DNA from: Octopus sinensis | Taxonomy: Eukaryota | Direction: 5' to 3' | NCBI RefSeq assembly: GCF_006345805.1 | Contig: NC_043002.1 | Location: forward strand, 25,482,001-25,546,000 | Length of the DNA: 64,000 nt | Shown here: positions 52,020 to 64,000 of the stretch, piece by piece | Layout of the letters: each line of letters begins with the position of its first letter | Numbering within the stretch: position 1 is the stretch's first letter | Made by a program: the position numbers and the translations under genes | Notes under the pieces: model-generated | Seen by the model: only the letters and a program-made list of their open reading frames with translations | Database searches by the model: none | What the model was told of the DNA's origin: nothing

Positions 52020-52830
52020 TGGCATAGTTGGAAAACTGGAAGAGGGATGACATGACATATTAAAAGACAGAAGTCTGGCTGTAACAGCTAATGGAGCCCT
52101 TTCCAAGGAAATATTAATAGTAAGGGGAGTGCCTCAGGGAACTGTCTGGGGGCCATTGCTGTTTGTGGTGACCTCTCAGATATATTGTCATTTATACAGG
52201 CAGCCACTCTTACTAGCTATGCAGACAACACTATAATAGCACAAGCAATCAAGAATCTTGATGCTAATCTTTTACTGAAAGAACTAGATACCATATACAA
52301 ATGGGCTGAAGAAAGCAACACGCAATTTAATGCTGCAAATTTCTTAGCCCTCCACTATCAGTCAGCTTTTGCTAACACACCACAACAAAAATTCCTAGGA
52401 CCAAAATGAGCAGCAATCCCATGGTCAAATACAGTGTGTAACCTTGGGATTGATATAAGCAACAATGCATCATTTCATGTACATATCGCTAAGAAAGCTG
52501 TGTGCAGGCAAATGCCTGGCTGGCTTTTGAGAACTTGCACAACAAGGGACCAGGAAACTATGTTGGTCATTTGGAGGGCATCTGTCTTTGGCTGTCTGGA
52601 CTACTGCTCATAGCTATGACCATCCCATAGTGTCAATTTAATGGTGGAAGTTGAGGTAGTTCAGTGGTGCTACACCAATAAGATTGTGTCAATAAAACAT
52701 TTGAGCTCCTGGAAGAGATTGAAAGAATTATGATTACTTCCTGGCTTGGAGTGAAGACAGGAGAGATATGTGATGTTGTACACATGGAAGGTTTGAGAAG
52801 TGTTGGCACCAAACTTTGGCATTGAGAATT
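52020..52830 (+). mobile_element. CR1-clade RT remnant
   Basis: GVPQGTVWGPLLF, SYADNT (YADD decayed), IYKWAEESNTQFN, LDYCS, ERYVMLYTWK. Confidence 0.85.
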
Positions 52831-53049
52831 GTACTATCCCCTGAACAGGATGGTCTGCTCTGTAAAGAGATCAGTGACTATTTTATCCAAGTTAGCAACC
52901 ATGGTACCAACAACAACATAATTAAGATAGCTAATGAAATTGAGGAGAGGTATGAAATAAGTACTGATACAGATCTTTTCCCAAGGAGCACTGGTAAAAT
53001 CTATTTATCAGATGAACAAAGTAAAAAAAAATATTAAAAAGTGGAACAG

Positions 53050-53625
53050 TTCACTGAGAAGATACTACACGAGTTCTTGGCACAGAAGACACAAGCCAAA
53101 GAAGAGATTTCTCAGGTCAAGAGCTTGGCATGGAGTACTGACAAGTTTATGACCTGCCTCTTTGAATGTTACCTCCATCACCTCCAAGTACCTACAGCAT
53201 AAGAGACAGAAAACACAGAGAGGCAACAAATGTAGTCTGTGCAAGACCAAAACTGAAGATATTAACTACATTATTACCAATTGTGAGACAATGTCTTCTG
53301 CATATTATCTTTCTATTAGGCCATGATACAGTGGCTAGAACAGAATTATGATCTGGAACAAAATAACAAATAATAAAACACCTCCAGATGAATTTGACTA
53401 TATTGAGACCAATGGGTCAAAAGAATATTGGTGAAACTTAAAAATTAAAACAGCAACCAATTTAAAACACAACTGGCCAGGTATTACTGTATGTGACCAC
53501 AAGGAGAAAATATGTTGTGTTGTGGAAATCAGCTGCCCTCTGCACACCAATGTGGTTTGAAAAATAAAAGAGAAAGCGGACATATATGAACCATTAATAA
53601 AGAGTTTGCAAATCCAGTACTCTAC
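53050..53625 (+). mobile_element. R4/Dong-like LINE remnant (zinc knuckle plus RLE)
   Basis: KCSLCKTKTEDINYIITNC, RHDTVAR, KHNWPGITVCD...VVEISCP...KEKADIYEPLI. Confidence 0.8.
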
Positions 53626-54057
53626 AAAATCCTGCTCTACAAATGATCACAATATCAGGGACTATAAAAATCTGCAAGACCTTATTAAGATTTAACCCTT
53701 TTGATACCAATGAGCCTGAAACTATATCTGGTTCTGTAGTACAAATATTTTGTTTTCAAAAGTTCTGAATTAAAATCTTCCAAACCTTAGTCACAATTTA
53801 TGTTCCTTACATTTGCCTTATGATAACTAAGTTATTTTGCTAAATTCTTGTTATATTGAAAATTAATTGAAAGAAACACAGATTAGCTCAACAAAAATAT
53901 AGTTAAAGGATGATTGTTAAAACAAGTTGCTTTCCTTCACAACCTTGCTACTGTGTAGGTGACCAGTCAAAATTTACTCTAAATTAAAAAGAGAACATAC
54001 ATGCACATTTGTTTTCATGTTGAATTATAATAAAAGCAGTTTTACTTTAAACTGAAA

Positions 54058-54222
54058 GGCATAGGAGTGGCTGTGTGGTAAGTAGCTTGCTTACCAACCA
54101 CATGGTTCCAGGTTCAGTCCCACTATGTGGCTCTTTAGGAAAGTGTCTTCTACTATAGCCTCAGGCTGACCAAAGCCTTGGGAGTGGATTTGGTAGACAG
54201 AAACTGAAAAAAGCCTGTTGTA

Positions 54223-54253
<31 letters not shown>

Positions 54254-54450
54254 GTATGAGTGTGTGTATATGTTTGTGCTTGTCTCCCCCAACATCGCTT
54301 GACAACTGATGCTGGTGTGTTTACATCCCCGTAACTTAGCGGTTTGGCAAAAAAGACTGATAGAATAAGTACTGGGGTCAATTTGCTCGACTAAAGGTGG
54401 TGCTTGCAGAATGGCCACAGTCAAATGACTGAAACAAGTAAAAGAGTAAG
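54058..54450 (+). mobile_element. Family S SINE, full length with a short internal deletion
   Basis: Head, internal (TA)n and 3' tail gaaacaagtaaaagagtaag. Confidence 0.9.
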
Positions 54451-56089
54451 TACTCGATATGTTTTGTAGAGTATGTATTTACCATACTTTTGCAAGAAGA
54501 ATGATAACAGTGACTTCAAAGTTTGAATGGTTAGCAGGCCGAAACTTTAAAGTCACTATCATCACTCTTGTAAAACTGTAATAGATAATATATATATATA
54601 TATATATCTTGTAAATTTCATGGTGAACAGAACTTCAAGATTTACCCAACTGCTGAGCAAAATTTAGAAGTCCCTCTCAACACAAACTTTACAATAAATT
54701 TGACTCTACTCTCAGGTATTGAGTCACCTCATTGGTTCATCTTTTGCTGTTATTCTTAAACTAGCTTTACAATAATAACTTCAATTTAGCATTTTCAGAC
54801 ACACACACATTCAGTGGAACTCGGAGTAGATAAAGCTATCAATACTGGCATGGTGAATATTTGTCTACAAAACATTGGATAGAGCAAATTAAAGACTACC
54901 AGTGGTATATGAATCAGCATCTGTAACCAAGATTGATCTTCTAAATTTTGACTTTCTTTATTGAAAGGAGCTTTTAAAACCAATATTTACATGCTATTTT
55001 TTATAGCTTTATAAAGTGGAGCAAGCTGGCAGAATTGTTAGCATTCTGAGCAAAAATGCTTCGTGGCATTTTATCTATCTTTATGTTCTGAGTTCAAATA
55101 CTGTTGAGGTTGACTTTGCTTTTCATCATATTGGGGTTGATAAAGCAAGTACCAGTTGAGCACTGGGGTTGATGATATTGACCAAACTCCTCCCAAAATG
55201 CTGGTCTTGTGCCAAAATTTAAAAACATTTATTGCTTTATCTACTTTCAGTTTTATCATTAAAAAATAAGTGGAATTATTTCACGTCTCTTGAAGTTTCT
55301 AAATTCTTATGCCAAACTATATATATATATATATACATACATATATATATTTATACATACATACACACAGCAAGAGGTAATATTTATTCCCATTTAAATG
55401 TGGATGTTCTGTTAGAACAAACTTTACTGTGGTATAGACATATATATAGAAACATACACATGTGAAATCTGTTTTTGTTTTCTGTTTTCTTTCTTCAATC
55501 TAAAAATATGCTACAGCAAATCACATTCCTTCCAGCCAACTCAAATTTAAAAAGAAAAATTAACAAGTGAAATTCTTCCCTTTTTTGTGAATTGCTTGCT
55601 TAATAGCAGAAATTCAGTAAACATTTTTGAAGAATGTTATTATCAATTTTTTTTTAGGGTTGATATTTTTTTCAAACAACTGTTAAAAAATTTTTTAATT
55701 ATTTTTTCTCTCTTTAGAAGTTTGGATTTATTGAAAAAATAAATTTCATTGAGTTATTTTTTTTTTTAAACTGCGAACCTGTCCAAATGATAACTTTGTA
55801 TAAAACATGTCATTCTAGTTAATAAATTAAATATTCTGCATTTCATTGGAAACAGTGATATCTTTGAAGAAATCAGTTACTTTGTTGTTTTATTTTTTAT
55901 ATTTATTTTTTCTTATCTATCCATCTATGTATCTATATTTGTAGGTTTGTCTTTCTATCTATCTTTCTATAGGAAATCGGCATATATCCTTATATATGCA
56001 TACACCTGCAAAACAATATGCAAATGTTACAAATGCTTACTTGCTTAAGGCAGTCCATCTTGACAGATGATGACGTTTTTGATCCTTAG

Positions 56090-56570
56090 GGGTTGTCTTG
56101 ATGGCATTGGCAGGCCCTCTCGTGGCTGAAAAGGCCAATTCTGGAGGCACATGTCTGATTACAGAGAGCAGTGAAGAGGGCTCTGACGAAGATGAGCTCG
56201 TCTAGGATTTTGCTGACGTTCCTTGAGCTGTCCCCACTTTTCTTTGCAAAGTCTAGTCTGCTCATCCTCAAAATGCTGCAAACCAGTTTTGACCATACCC
56301 CTTCAGGTAGTACGGTTTGTGACCATTTGATGCTGGTCAGTTTTGCTCATCTCAGGATCTCCGTATGTGGGATCTTGTCCTTCCAGGTCATATGAAGAAT
56401 GTACTGGAGACAGTGGATATGAAAGGATTTGAGGAGTTTGACACGATGACGATAAAGTATCTAGGTTTCCCAGGCTTACAGAAGCATGGAAACCCACAAC
56501 AGCACGATAAACCTCGATTTTCATGGAGAGATTTAGATCACGATCAAGGAAGACCCTATCCTTGAAACGT
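56090..56570 (-). mobile_element. RTE/BovB-like LINE remnant with terminal zinc-finger motif, internally deleted
   Basis: FGRFKDRVF...KIEVYRAVV, FHIHCLQYILHMTWKDKIPHTEIL, CNQTCASRIGLFSHERAC. Confidence 0.85.
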
Positions 56571-57130
56571 CCAAAATATGTGCATATAGAAAGATATGCC
56601 AATAAGGAAGTACACATATATGGATGCATATGCATATAAGAATGGATGCACAGATATATGCAGATACATGCATCAAATGTATAGATATATGCATACATTT
56701 ACAATGGCATTAATTTAAACACAACAGCATACAGATATTAATTACTAAATGTAAGGTGGCAAGCTGGCAGAATTGTTAGCACGCCAGGCAAAATGGTTTG
56801 TGGCATTCTGTCCATCTTCGTGTTCTGAGGATTGGCTGCTTTTCATCCTTTCGGGGTCGATAAAATATGTACCAGTCAAACACTGGGATTGGTGTAATCA
56901 ACTTAACATCTCCCTCAAAACTGCTGGCCTTGTGCCAGAATTTGAAATCATTAATTACTAAATGTTAATTATTAGTTGATTCAATCACTTAATATGAATA
57001 TTAAATTACGCAAGTTTAAACACAAAAAATTCAAATTGCATTAACAAACATTGACAGTATCAATAATGCCACATAAATGAGCATTACTTAATTTAAGAAC
57101 ACAAGAACACATTTTTCAACAAAATAATAT

Positions 57131-57500
57131 GCAGGAGTGGCTGTGTGGTAAGTAGCTTGCTTACCAACCACATGGTTCTGGGTTCAGTCCCACTGTGTGG
57201 CACCTTGGGCAAGTGTCTTCTACTATAGCCTTGGGCTGACCAAAGCCTTGTGAGTGGATTTGGTAGATGGAAACTGAAAGAAGCCCGGCATATATATGTG
57301 TGTGTGTTTGTTCCCCTAACATTGCTTGACAACCGATGCTGGTGTGTTTACGTCCCTGTAACTTAGCAGTTTGGCAAAAGAGACTGATAGAATAAGTACT
57401 AGGCTTACAAATAATAAGTCCTGGGGTCGATGTGCTCAACTAAAGGCAGTGCTCCAGCATGGCCACCATCAAATGACTGAAACAATTAAAAGAAAGAAAG
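57131..57500 (+). mobile_element. Full-length family S SINE
   Basis: As for 45610-46019. Confidence 0.9.
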
Positions 57501-58919
57501 AAAGATCGAGAAGAATAAAATCGAATACTTGCCAGGGTACCTGAAATTTTTCAAAATAGAATTACAACTATGAGGAATTGAATCTCTAATTGTGATACAT
57601 TATGTGGAATTTCTTTCAATATTCTGGTAATATATAGTTCAACATTTTATTAAGTTCCCAGGATTTTCCTTGATGTTCATTGCTTTTTTTAATACATTTC
57701 CCATCTTATTTAAATCTGCAGACTGGGTTTCTGCAGCACTTGATGGATTTTCTTACTTTGGAGCTAGTTCTTGGTTAATTCTGCAATATGCTTCAGGTTA
57801 CTGCCATGCTGAAAATCTATGACTAGCCCAAATGGACCTTCTGCATTTAGAACATTGTCTTCTCCAAAATCTTTAGATAGGTTGTCATTCACAATGCTCT
57901 TGATCTGAGTGATGTATCAAATTGACTCCTTTTTCAGGTAGGCAGCTCTAAACCATGACACAGCCATGCTTAACAATCAGATTCATGAATTCTAGATGAA
58001 ATTTTTTTCCTGTTAGAACAAATTAAATTTTGATGTTCATAGGCACAAGCATGGCTATGTCGTAAAATGCTTGCTTCCCAACCAGGTTCAGTACCACTGC
58101 ATGGCACCTTCGGCAAGTGTCTTCTACTATAACCTTGGGCTGACCAATGGCTTCTGAATGAATTCAGTAGATGGAAACTGTAAGAAGCCCATCATATATA
58201 TATACATATACCGTAAAAGCTCATGTAATTTACATTTAGAAATTTTCTTTTGTTGAAAAAAGACATACAAAACAAACATTTGTACCAGAAGTTGACTCAT
58301 TTAATGCCAGAATAGGTTTTTACTGAAAAAATAAGGGCTTAAATATAATGAAGTTGATTTATTTATGCTGGACAGTATAATGCTTACTTTTAAATTTACC
58401 AAAACCATTAAATGGTTAACTACCTTTTGAAGTCTGACGTTCATGCTGGTAATCATGGTCCAGGCCATATTTTACATTGCTTGGAGTTTCTACCTATCAC
58501 AATGGAGCACCATTGACATACATAGTGATACAGATATTCTTGACTGAAAAAATGTAATGATATGGATAATCTTGATTGTATGGCTTTATTTTTTATCTGT
58601 TTTGTTGTGAGATTGGCAAAATTGTTGAGGATGGTAACGAAAAGGATGTAAATGTTCAAAATTTACTTCCTGACTACTACCCATTTTTGATATTGCTGTG
58701 AGCTATCAACTATTAGCAATGTGCAGCTGTTCAGTTGCAATCATGATTAAAATAAAACTTTCCTGAACATAACTAAAACAACAAACAATTAAAAAATTTT
58801 TATGTATCTATGAAAATGTACAGGCAATGCATAACGAATATTATTATATTGAAATGGATAATATTCTTATTAAACAGTTCATGTTTCAATCTCGGTGACT
58901 GAGATTATTGGTATTTACT

Positions 58920-59580
58920 GTTCACTCATTGAAGTCCTGTTTATCAAATCCAAAGAACTTGTCCTCATCATCTGACCTAACAAATGTCTCTGCATCAAAG
59001 TCATTAGTGTCCTTTTCGTGATAATATACATCCATTACATCATCTTGTTCATCACATGTAGCAAGTTCAGATTGCCACAAAACATTGTCCTGTGTACCAT
59101 CACGATGGTTGGAAATACTGCACTTAAATGAGTTCACAATGATCTCAGGGTCAATTTCATTCCATGCCTCAAGAATCCATTGACATATCTCATCTAATTT
59201 GGGTTTGTTTATATGGCCACCTTTAGTAAAAGAATGTTTATCACCACTGATCCAGTTGTTCCATTTTTGGCACAAAGCATGCTTCATGGGTTTATTTACA
59301 CCGACATCTAACTTGCTACCATTCCACCAGGAATGGTAGCAATTTCAGTTGTCACTTAATACACCTTTCACATAGTCCAACTTATTGCATCTAAAACTAT
59401 CCAAAAATTAATTATGTTCACAGGTATTGGGATGTCGTCCCCACACAAGTCTTAGCCATTCTTTCATGCGGGATTCAGCCATCCAGCCTTTTTCGTGGAC
59501 TCTAACGATTATGCCTTTTGGAAAGTTTAACTTTGACAATGTCTTTCTTTTGAAGGTAACATATGGTGGAAATTTCAAAA
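58920..59580 (-). mobile_element. pogo/Tigger-like DDE transposase remnant
   Basis: PPYVTFKRKTLSKLNFPKGIIVRVHEK, EWLRLVWGRHP, LDSFR, IPGGM...LDVGVNKPMK, FTKGGHINKP...CQWILEAW...IIVNSFKCSISN. Confidence 0.88.
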
Positions 59581-59819
59581 GTTGTGAAGAGAAGAAAAGG
59601 TTAGAATAAGAGATGTATGCATCTGTGTATGCTGAGCTACAGCCACAATGATATTTTCTGTTGACATAGCATCTATGAACTCTGCTTGTTCAAATTCCTC
59701 TGGAGTAAAAAAAAATCCCTGACTTGCATAAATAACACTTACCTGTTGGTGTCAGGATGAGCATCTGGTTATAAAAGTCTTGTCTCAAACATCTTTCCTG
59801 TCCAAGACATGTTAGCATG

Positions 59820-60068
59820 GATGTGGCACATAAAAAGCACCATCCAATTGTGGCTGTTGCCAGCCTCGTCTGGCACCTGTGCAGGTGGAACGTAAAAAGC
59901 ACCCACTACACTCACGGAGTGGTTGGCGTTAGGAAGGGCATCCAGCTGTAGAAACACTGCCAGATCAGACTGGAGCCTGACGCAGCCTTCTGGTTTCCCA
60001 GACCCCAGTTGAACCGTCCAACCCATGCTAGCATGGAAAACGGACGTTAAACGATGATGATGATGATG
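59820..60068 (+). mobile_element. Family T copy with ~60-bp subunit and (GAT)n tail
   Basis: tggcacataaaaagcaccatcc...gagtggttggcgttaggaagggcatccagc...gttaaac(gat)n. Confidence 0.9.
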
Positions 60069-60879
60069 AAAAATGAATGACTACAAATTTGAAGACTGAT
60101 ATTTCTTTTCTAGAATATCTACATTCATTGCTAAGACATTTCTCCTCACTATGAACAGCATGATCACTTGCTATTCACTTATATGTGCTAATGAAGGAAC
60201 CCCTACAACATTGCCAACTTTCGAGATTTATCAGCATTACATCTTAAGCCTTTTGTTTGACATATTGCTGTTAAACTTCACTGCTTTTGTTTCTATTAAG
60301 GTGGTGTTTGCAACTAAACTTAGCAAAATTTTGACGGAAGATTTTAATTTAGATCACTTCAAAATAAGAAGTTTATATCATAGAATGAAATCAGTTTCAG
60401 GCAGGTTGGTATGAAAAGGGTTAAAGGAGGAGGAGCATGTGGCTGTGTGGTAAGAAACTTGCTTCCAAACCACATGGCTTTGGGTTCAGTCCTACTGTGT
60501 GGCTCTTTGGGCAAGTGTTTTCTACTATGGCCTTGGGCTGACCAAAGCCTTGTGAGTAGATTTGGTAGATGGAAACTGAAAGAAGCCCATAAAAAAAAAA
60601 TATATATATGTGTGTGTGCGTGTGTGATCACATAATCCCTATAAAAACCTAAAAACCTACTGCTTTCACACGCAACATAAGTGAAGGAATGTTTTATAAA
60701 CCAGATAGTGATTTTACAAGCTAATTTTAGAGCAACTTCTTATTAAGCTACAGTAAAAAAGTATTCTTGCTCTACCCTTCCACTATCTGTTACAACTATT
60801 TCAGTGTCCACTCCTTCAAAGTAGCATGTTGTATATCAACACTCCAACAATTATTGATATTCTACAAAGCTTAGGTGAG

Positions 60880-61068
60880 GATGACAATGGCATGGTGCTG
60901 CTACTGCATAGAGACATTATAGACCACAACTAAAAAAGGGCCACTCAGCTGATTAGTATAAAGTCAATCAGACATCTTTCAGCCTCTGACCCATAAACGT
61001 GCTATCTCCTCTCTCTCTCTGTTTTACCACTTCTATAATAGCCTCTACTCGTTGGAGCTGACTAGGTT
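60880..61068 (+). mobile_element. CR1-like (Zenon-type) LINE remnant
   Basis: FQPLTHKRAISSLSLFYHFYNSLYSLELT at 60977-61063. Confidence 0.7.
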
Positions 61069-61847
61069 AATTTCTGTCTTTCATCCTTGTTGCAACAAAT
61101 CTCCCCAACTACTACACCAAGTTTTTCCCTCTCAGAATGTTGGAATTTCTGGGTGTTTACATCCCTGTAACTTAGCGGTTCAGCAAAAGAGACCGATAGA
61201 ATAAGTACTAGGCTTACAAAGAATAAGTCCTGGGGTTGATTTGCTCGACTAAAGGTTGTGCTCCAGCATGGCTGCAGTTGATTTACAAAGGTCCAAGACG
61301 GACATTAATGACATCATTTTTACTGACCTAGGAGTGCATGCAAGGGCCATAGGACTGTCTTTCTCCAGGCACCCAGCAAGTAAACGAAAAAAGCTCTTTG
61401 CCAAATATCCTGTTGAGGTATCTGTAAGGCACAGGCATAACTGAGTGTAGGTGTGGCTTCGACACAACTCTGGCTGTGTGATTAAAGTTTGCTTCTCAAG
61501 CACATGGTTTTAGGTTCAGTCCCATTACGTGGCACCTGTGTGACACCCTGGGAAGGTGTCTTCTACTATAACCCTGGGCTGACCAAAGCCTTGTGAGAGT
61601 CAATTTGGAGGATGGAAATTGAAAGAAACCTGTTGTGTGTGTGTGTTGCCTCATCTTGACATTATGTGATTGTTGTAAAGTAATGTCATTCATTTTTAAT
61701 CTCTGCAGTGGGGACGTATTAACTTGCTTGAACATAGATACAGTTTGGTGATGGGATAGGTATCTGGTTGTAGAAAATTTGCCTCAATAAACCCTGGCTA
61801 ACTGATGCAAGCATAGAAAACTGAATGTTAAAACAATAAAGATGATA

Positions 61848-62017
61848 GGCACACGAGTGGCTGTGTGGTAAGTAGCTTGCTTACCAACCACATAGTTCTG
61901 GGTTCAGTCCCACTGCATGGCACCTTGGGCAAGTATCTTCTACTATAGCCTCAGGCTGACCAAAAGCCTTGAGTGGATTTGGTAGATGGAAACTGCAAGA
62001 AGCCCTTTGTATATATA

Positions 62018-62068
<51 letters not shown>

Positions 62069-62301
62069 TATATATATGTGTGTGTGTGTATATGTTTGTG
62101 TGTTTGTGTTTGTACCCCTAGCATTGCTTGACGACCGATGCAGGTGTGTTTACATCCCTGTAACTTAGTGGTTCAGCAAAAGAGACCGATAGAATAAGTA
62201 CTAGGCTTACAAAGAATAAGTCCTGGGGTCGATTTGCTCGACTAAAGGTGGTACTCCAGCATGGCCGCAGTCAAATGACTGAAACAAGTAAAAGAGTAAA
62301 A
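61848..62301 (+). mobile_element. Full-length family S SINE with expanded internal (TA)/(TG)n
   Basis: Head 61848-62005, microsatellite about 62010-62100, 3' half to 62301. Confidence 0.92.
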
Positions 62302-63340
62302 CAGATGCTCTCTTAAGTGTTGCTATCCATAAAAGAAAATAAAAAAAAAATTAACAAACAGTAATCAATTAAAACAAATTCCAGGTAAACAATTCATTTA
62401 TTTAATGTGATTTACAGCATAAAATATTACCTTCCCCACAGTAATCGAGTATTTACAGCAGTGCTTTGGATGGCACAATAGGCATTTAAGGACTGATTGG
62501 ATTTTCCGAGTGGGTACATAATATCAGAGTTTTGGATCTGCAAAACAGCTATGGCAGCACTATTTCTCTCATTCTCTCTCTCTCACTTGCTCTCTTTCAC
62601 TCAATAATTATTTATTTGGTTATGTAATATTATTACTGTGGTAACAATAACAAACTAGAGTTTCTTCTGGAAATCTTGACAAATAAGACAGAATTCACAT
62701 GCCAAAAACCAAAATGAACTACAAACATTGTGAGTTGTACCAAATTTTTTTTGTTTTGGAATGTTACTGTAAACAACCATTACAATATACTCTTCAAGCT
62801 TTTTAACAATATTTAATAAAGTAAACACAGTTTTTATATGCACAATTAGAAATAAAACAAAAAACATTGTCTATTTCTTTGTTTATATATATATACACAC
62901 ACACACACCGTTTGCATGTATACAGATGTATATATATATGTATATGTGTATATCTGTGTACACATATATATATGTATATATAAGTGTACATATATATATA
63001 TGTGTGTGTGTATATATATATATCTAGCTATATATTCATTTATATGTATAAGTATATATTATTTATATATGTTATATGTGTGTATGTATATATATATATA
63101 TATATATTCTTGATATATATTTACATACATATACTCATACATTCACATTTCAATGTATATAATGAGTTTTTAACAAGAATTACAAGAAAAAAAATAATAA
63201 ATGCAACGAACCAGTCACTGTATTTGTGATGTAACGTCAACCAAACAGAACATTCTAGATTTCAATTTGGCAATAGACATTTATTTATTTATTTTTTAAA
63301 AATTTTACTTTTTTCCATAAAATTTTAAAATTTTACATTG

Positions 63341-63789
63341 TCAATATGATTCTAAAGCTGGTTTCCAATATCTAAGAAAGGCAAGTTAAAAGTTCATTAA
63401 TTTGCTTCCAGGTGTGTAATATGAGTGACATAATAGCTTACAGTTCAATTTTAGAGTGAGTCAGAAGAAATCCAGAGATTAATCTATATTAAATGTTGAA
63501 ATGGTAATCCTATACTCACCTTCGTTGAAATATGTTGATTTCATTAACAAAGATGACCATTATGTTTCCAATGATTTCTATAGAATGGATCATAGATTCC
63601 GGAAAAATGATCTAAGGCTTATTAAATGTGTAACAATTTGTCATTAATACTCAGCATCAGTAAAAAAAGATTTACAGGAATTTCTGATGAAATTACGCAA
63701 ACCATTACATAATCTGTGTGACGACAAACTGATTTTAGATACAGCAGATACCTTTGATGTTTAAAAGTGAGCGATGTGGATAAGGATTT
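63341..63789 (-). other. Candidate three-exon 3' end of an unidentified gene (63789-63752, 63577-63520, 63371-63341)
   Basis: Good splice sites (ttttcacag, AAG|gtatct, ttctatag, AAG|gtgagt, ctttcttag); phases join to ...NPYPHRSLLNIKEIIGNIMVIFVNEINIFQRRYWKPALESY*; AATAAA about 50 nt downstream; peptide not recognised. Confidence 0.3.
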
Positions 63790-63913
63790 CTGTGAAAACC
63801 AGTTAGTGTCGAATATTAACCTAGTTAATATTACTGTTTGTGGTAGAGAGGGATACACATTAGTCACTACAAGAAAGGAAGTAAAACAGAAACAGTTGTA
63901 CTGTGTGTGTGTG

Positions 63914-63952
<39 letters not shown>

Positions 63953-64000
63953 CGATTTCACTTAGGTATAGTGATACTAAGAACCAGTAGTTAGAACCCA

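Noticed and set aside
57540-57920. Unique-looking stretch with possible decayed coding content on the minus strand
   Set aside because: There are multiple stops and no motif I could assign to any element or gene family.
58424-58543. Idea that the tandem TGA TAG in the minus frame is recoded to Trp-Trp by A-to-I editing
   Set aside because: That frame is the in-register antisense of an open + frame (cta tca), which explains the pattern without editing; there is no supporting evidence.

Overview
AT-rich, microsatellite-rich and repeat-dense eukaryotic DNA, most likely octopus (inferred from the repeat families and simple-repeat load, not from a database search). The one confidently identified gene is the 3' part of a + strand polypeptide N-acetylgalactosaminyltransferase 2 (GALNT2) orthologue. 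It has nine GT-AG exons (3055-3142, 14124-14211, 15222-15325, 18051-18177, 19170-19262, 22081-22164, 24573-24699, 31299-31418, 32860-33009), 981 nt in one frame. These encode the C-terminal half of the GT27 catalytic domain and the whole ricin-type lectin domain; the 5' exons lie upstream of the window. The rest is mostly transposon-derived: at least three tRNA-headed SINE families, RTE, CR1 and R4/Dong-like LINE remnants, Tc1 and pogo transposase remnants, and a TTAA (piggyBac-type) MITE family. The most unusual structures are: (i) a C4HC3 PHD-finger-like module inside the reverse transcriptase of an RTE-like LINE (7183-7314); (ii) a nested tandem array built from that LINE family's 3' UTR (10017-11810); (iii) two long near-perfect palindromes (1204-1461, 11812-12017); (iv) head-to-tail SINE trains; (v) low-confidence exon-like segments of an unidentified gene downstream of GALNT2. 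No CRISPR array, rRNA or genuine tRNA gene was found.
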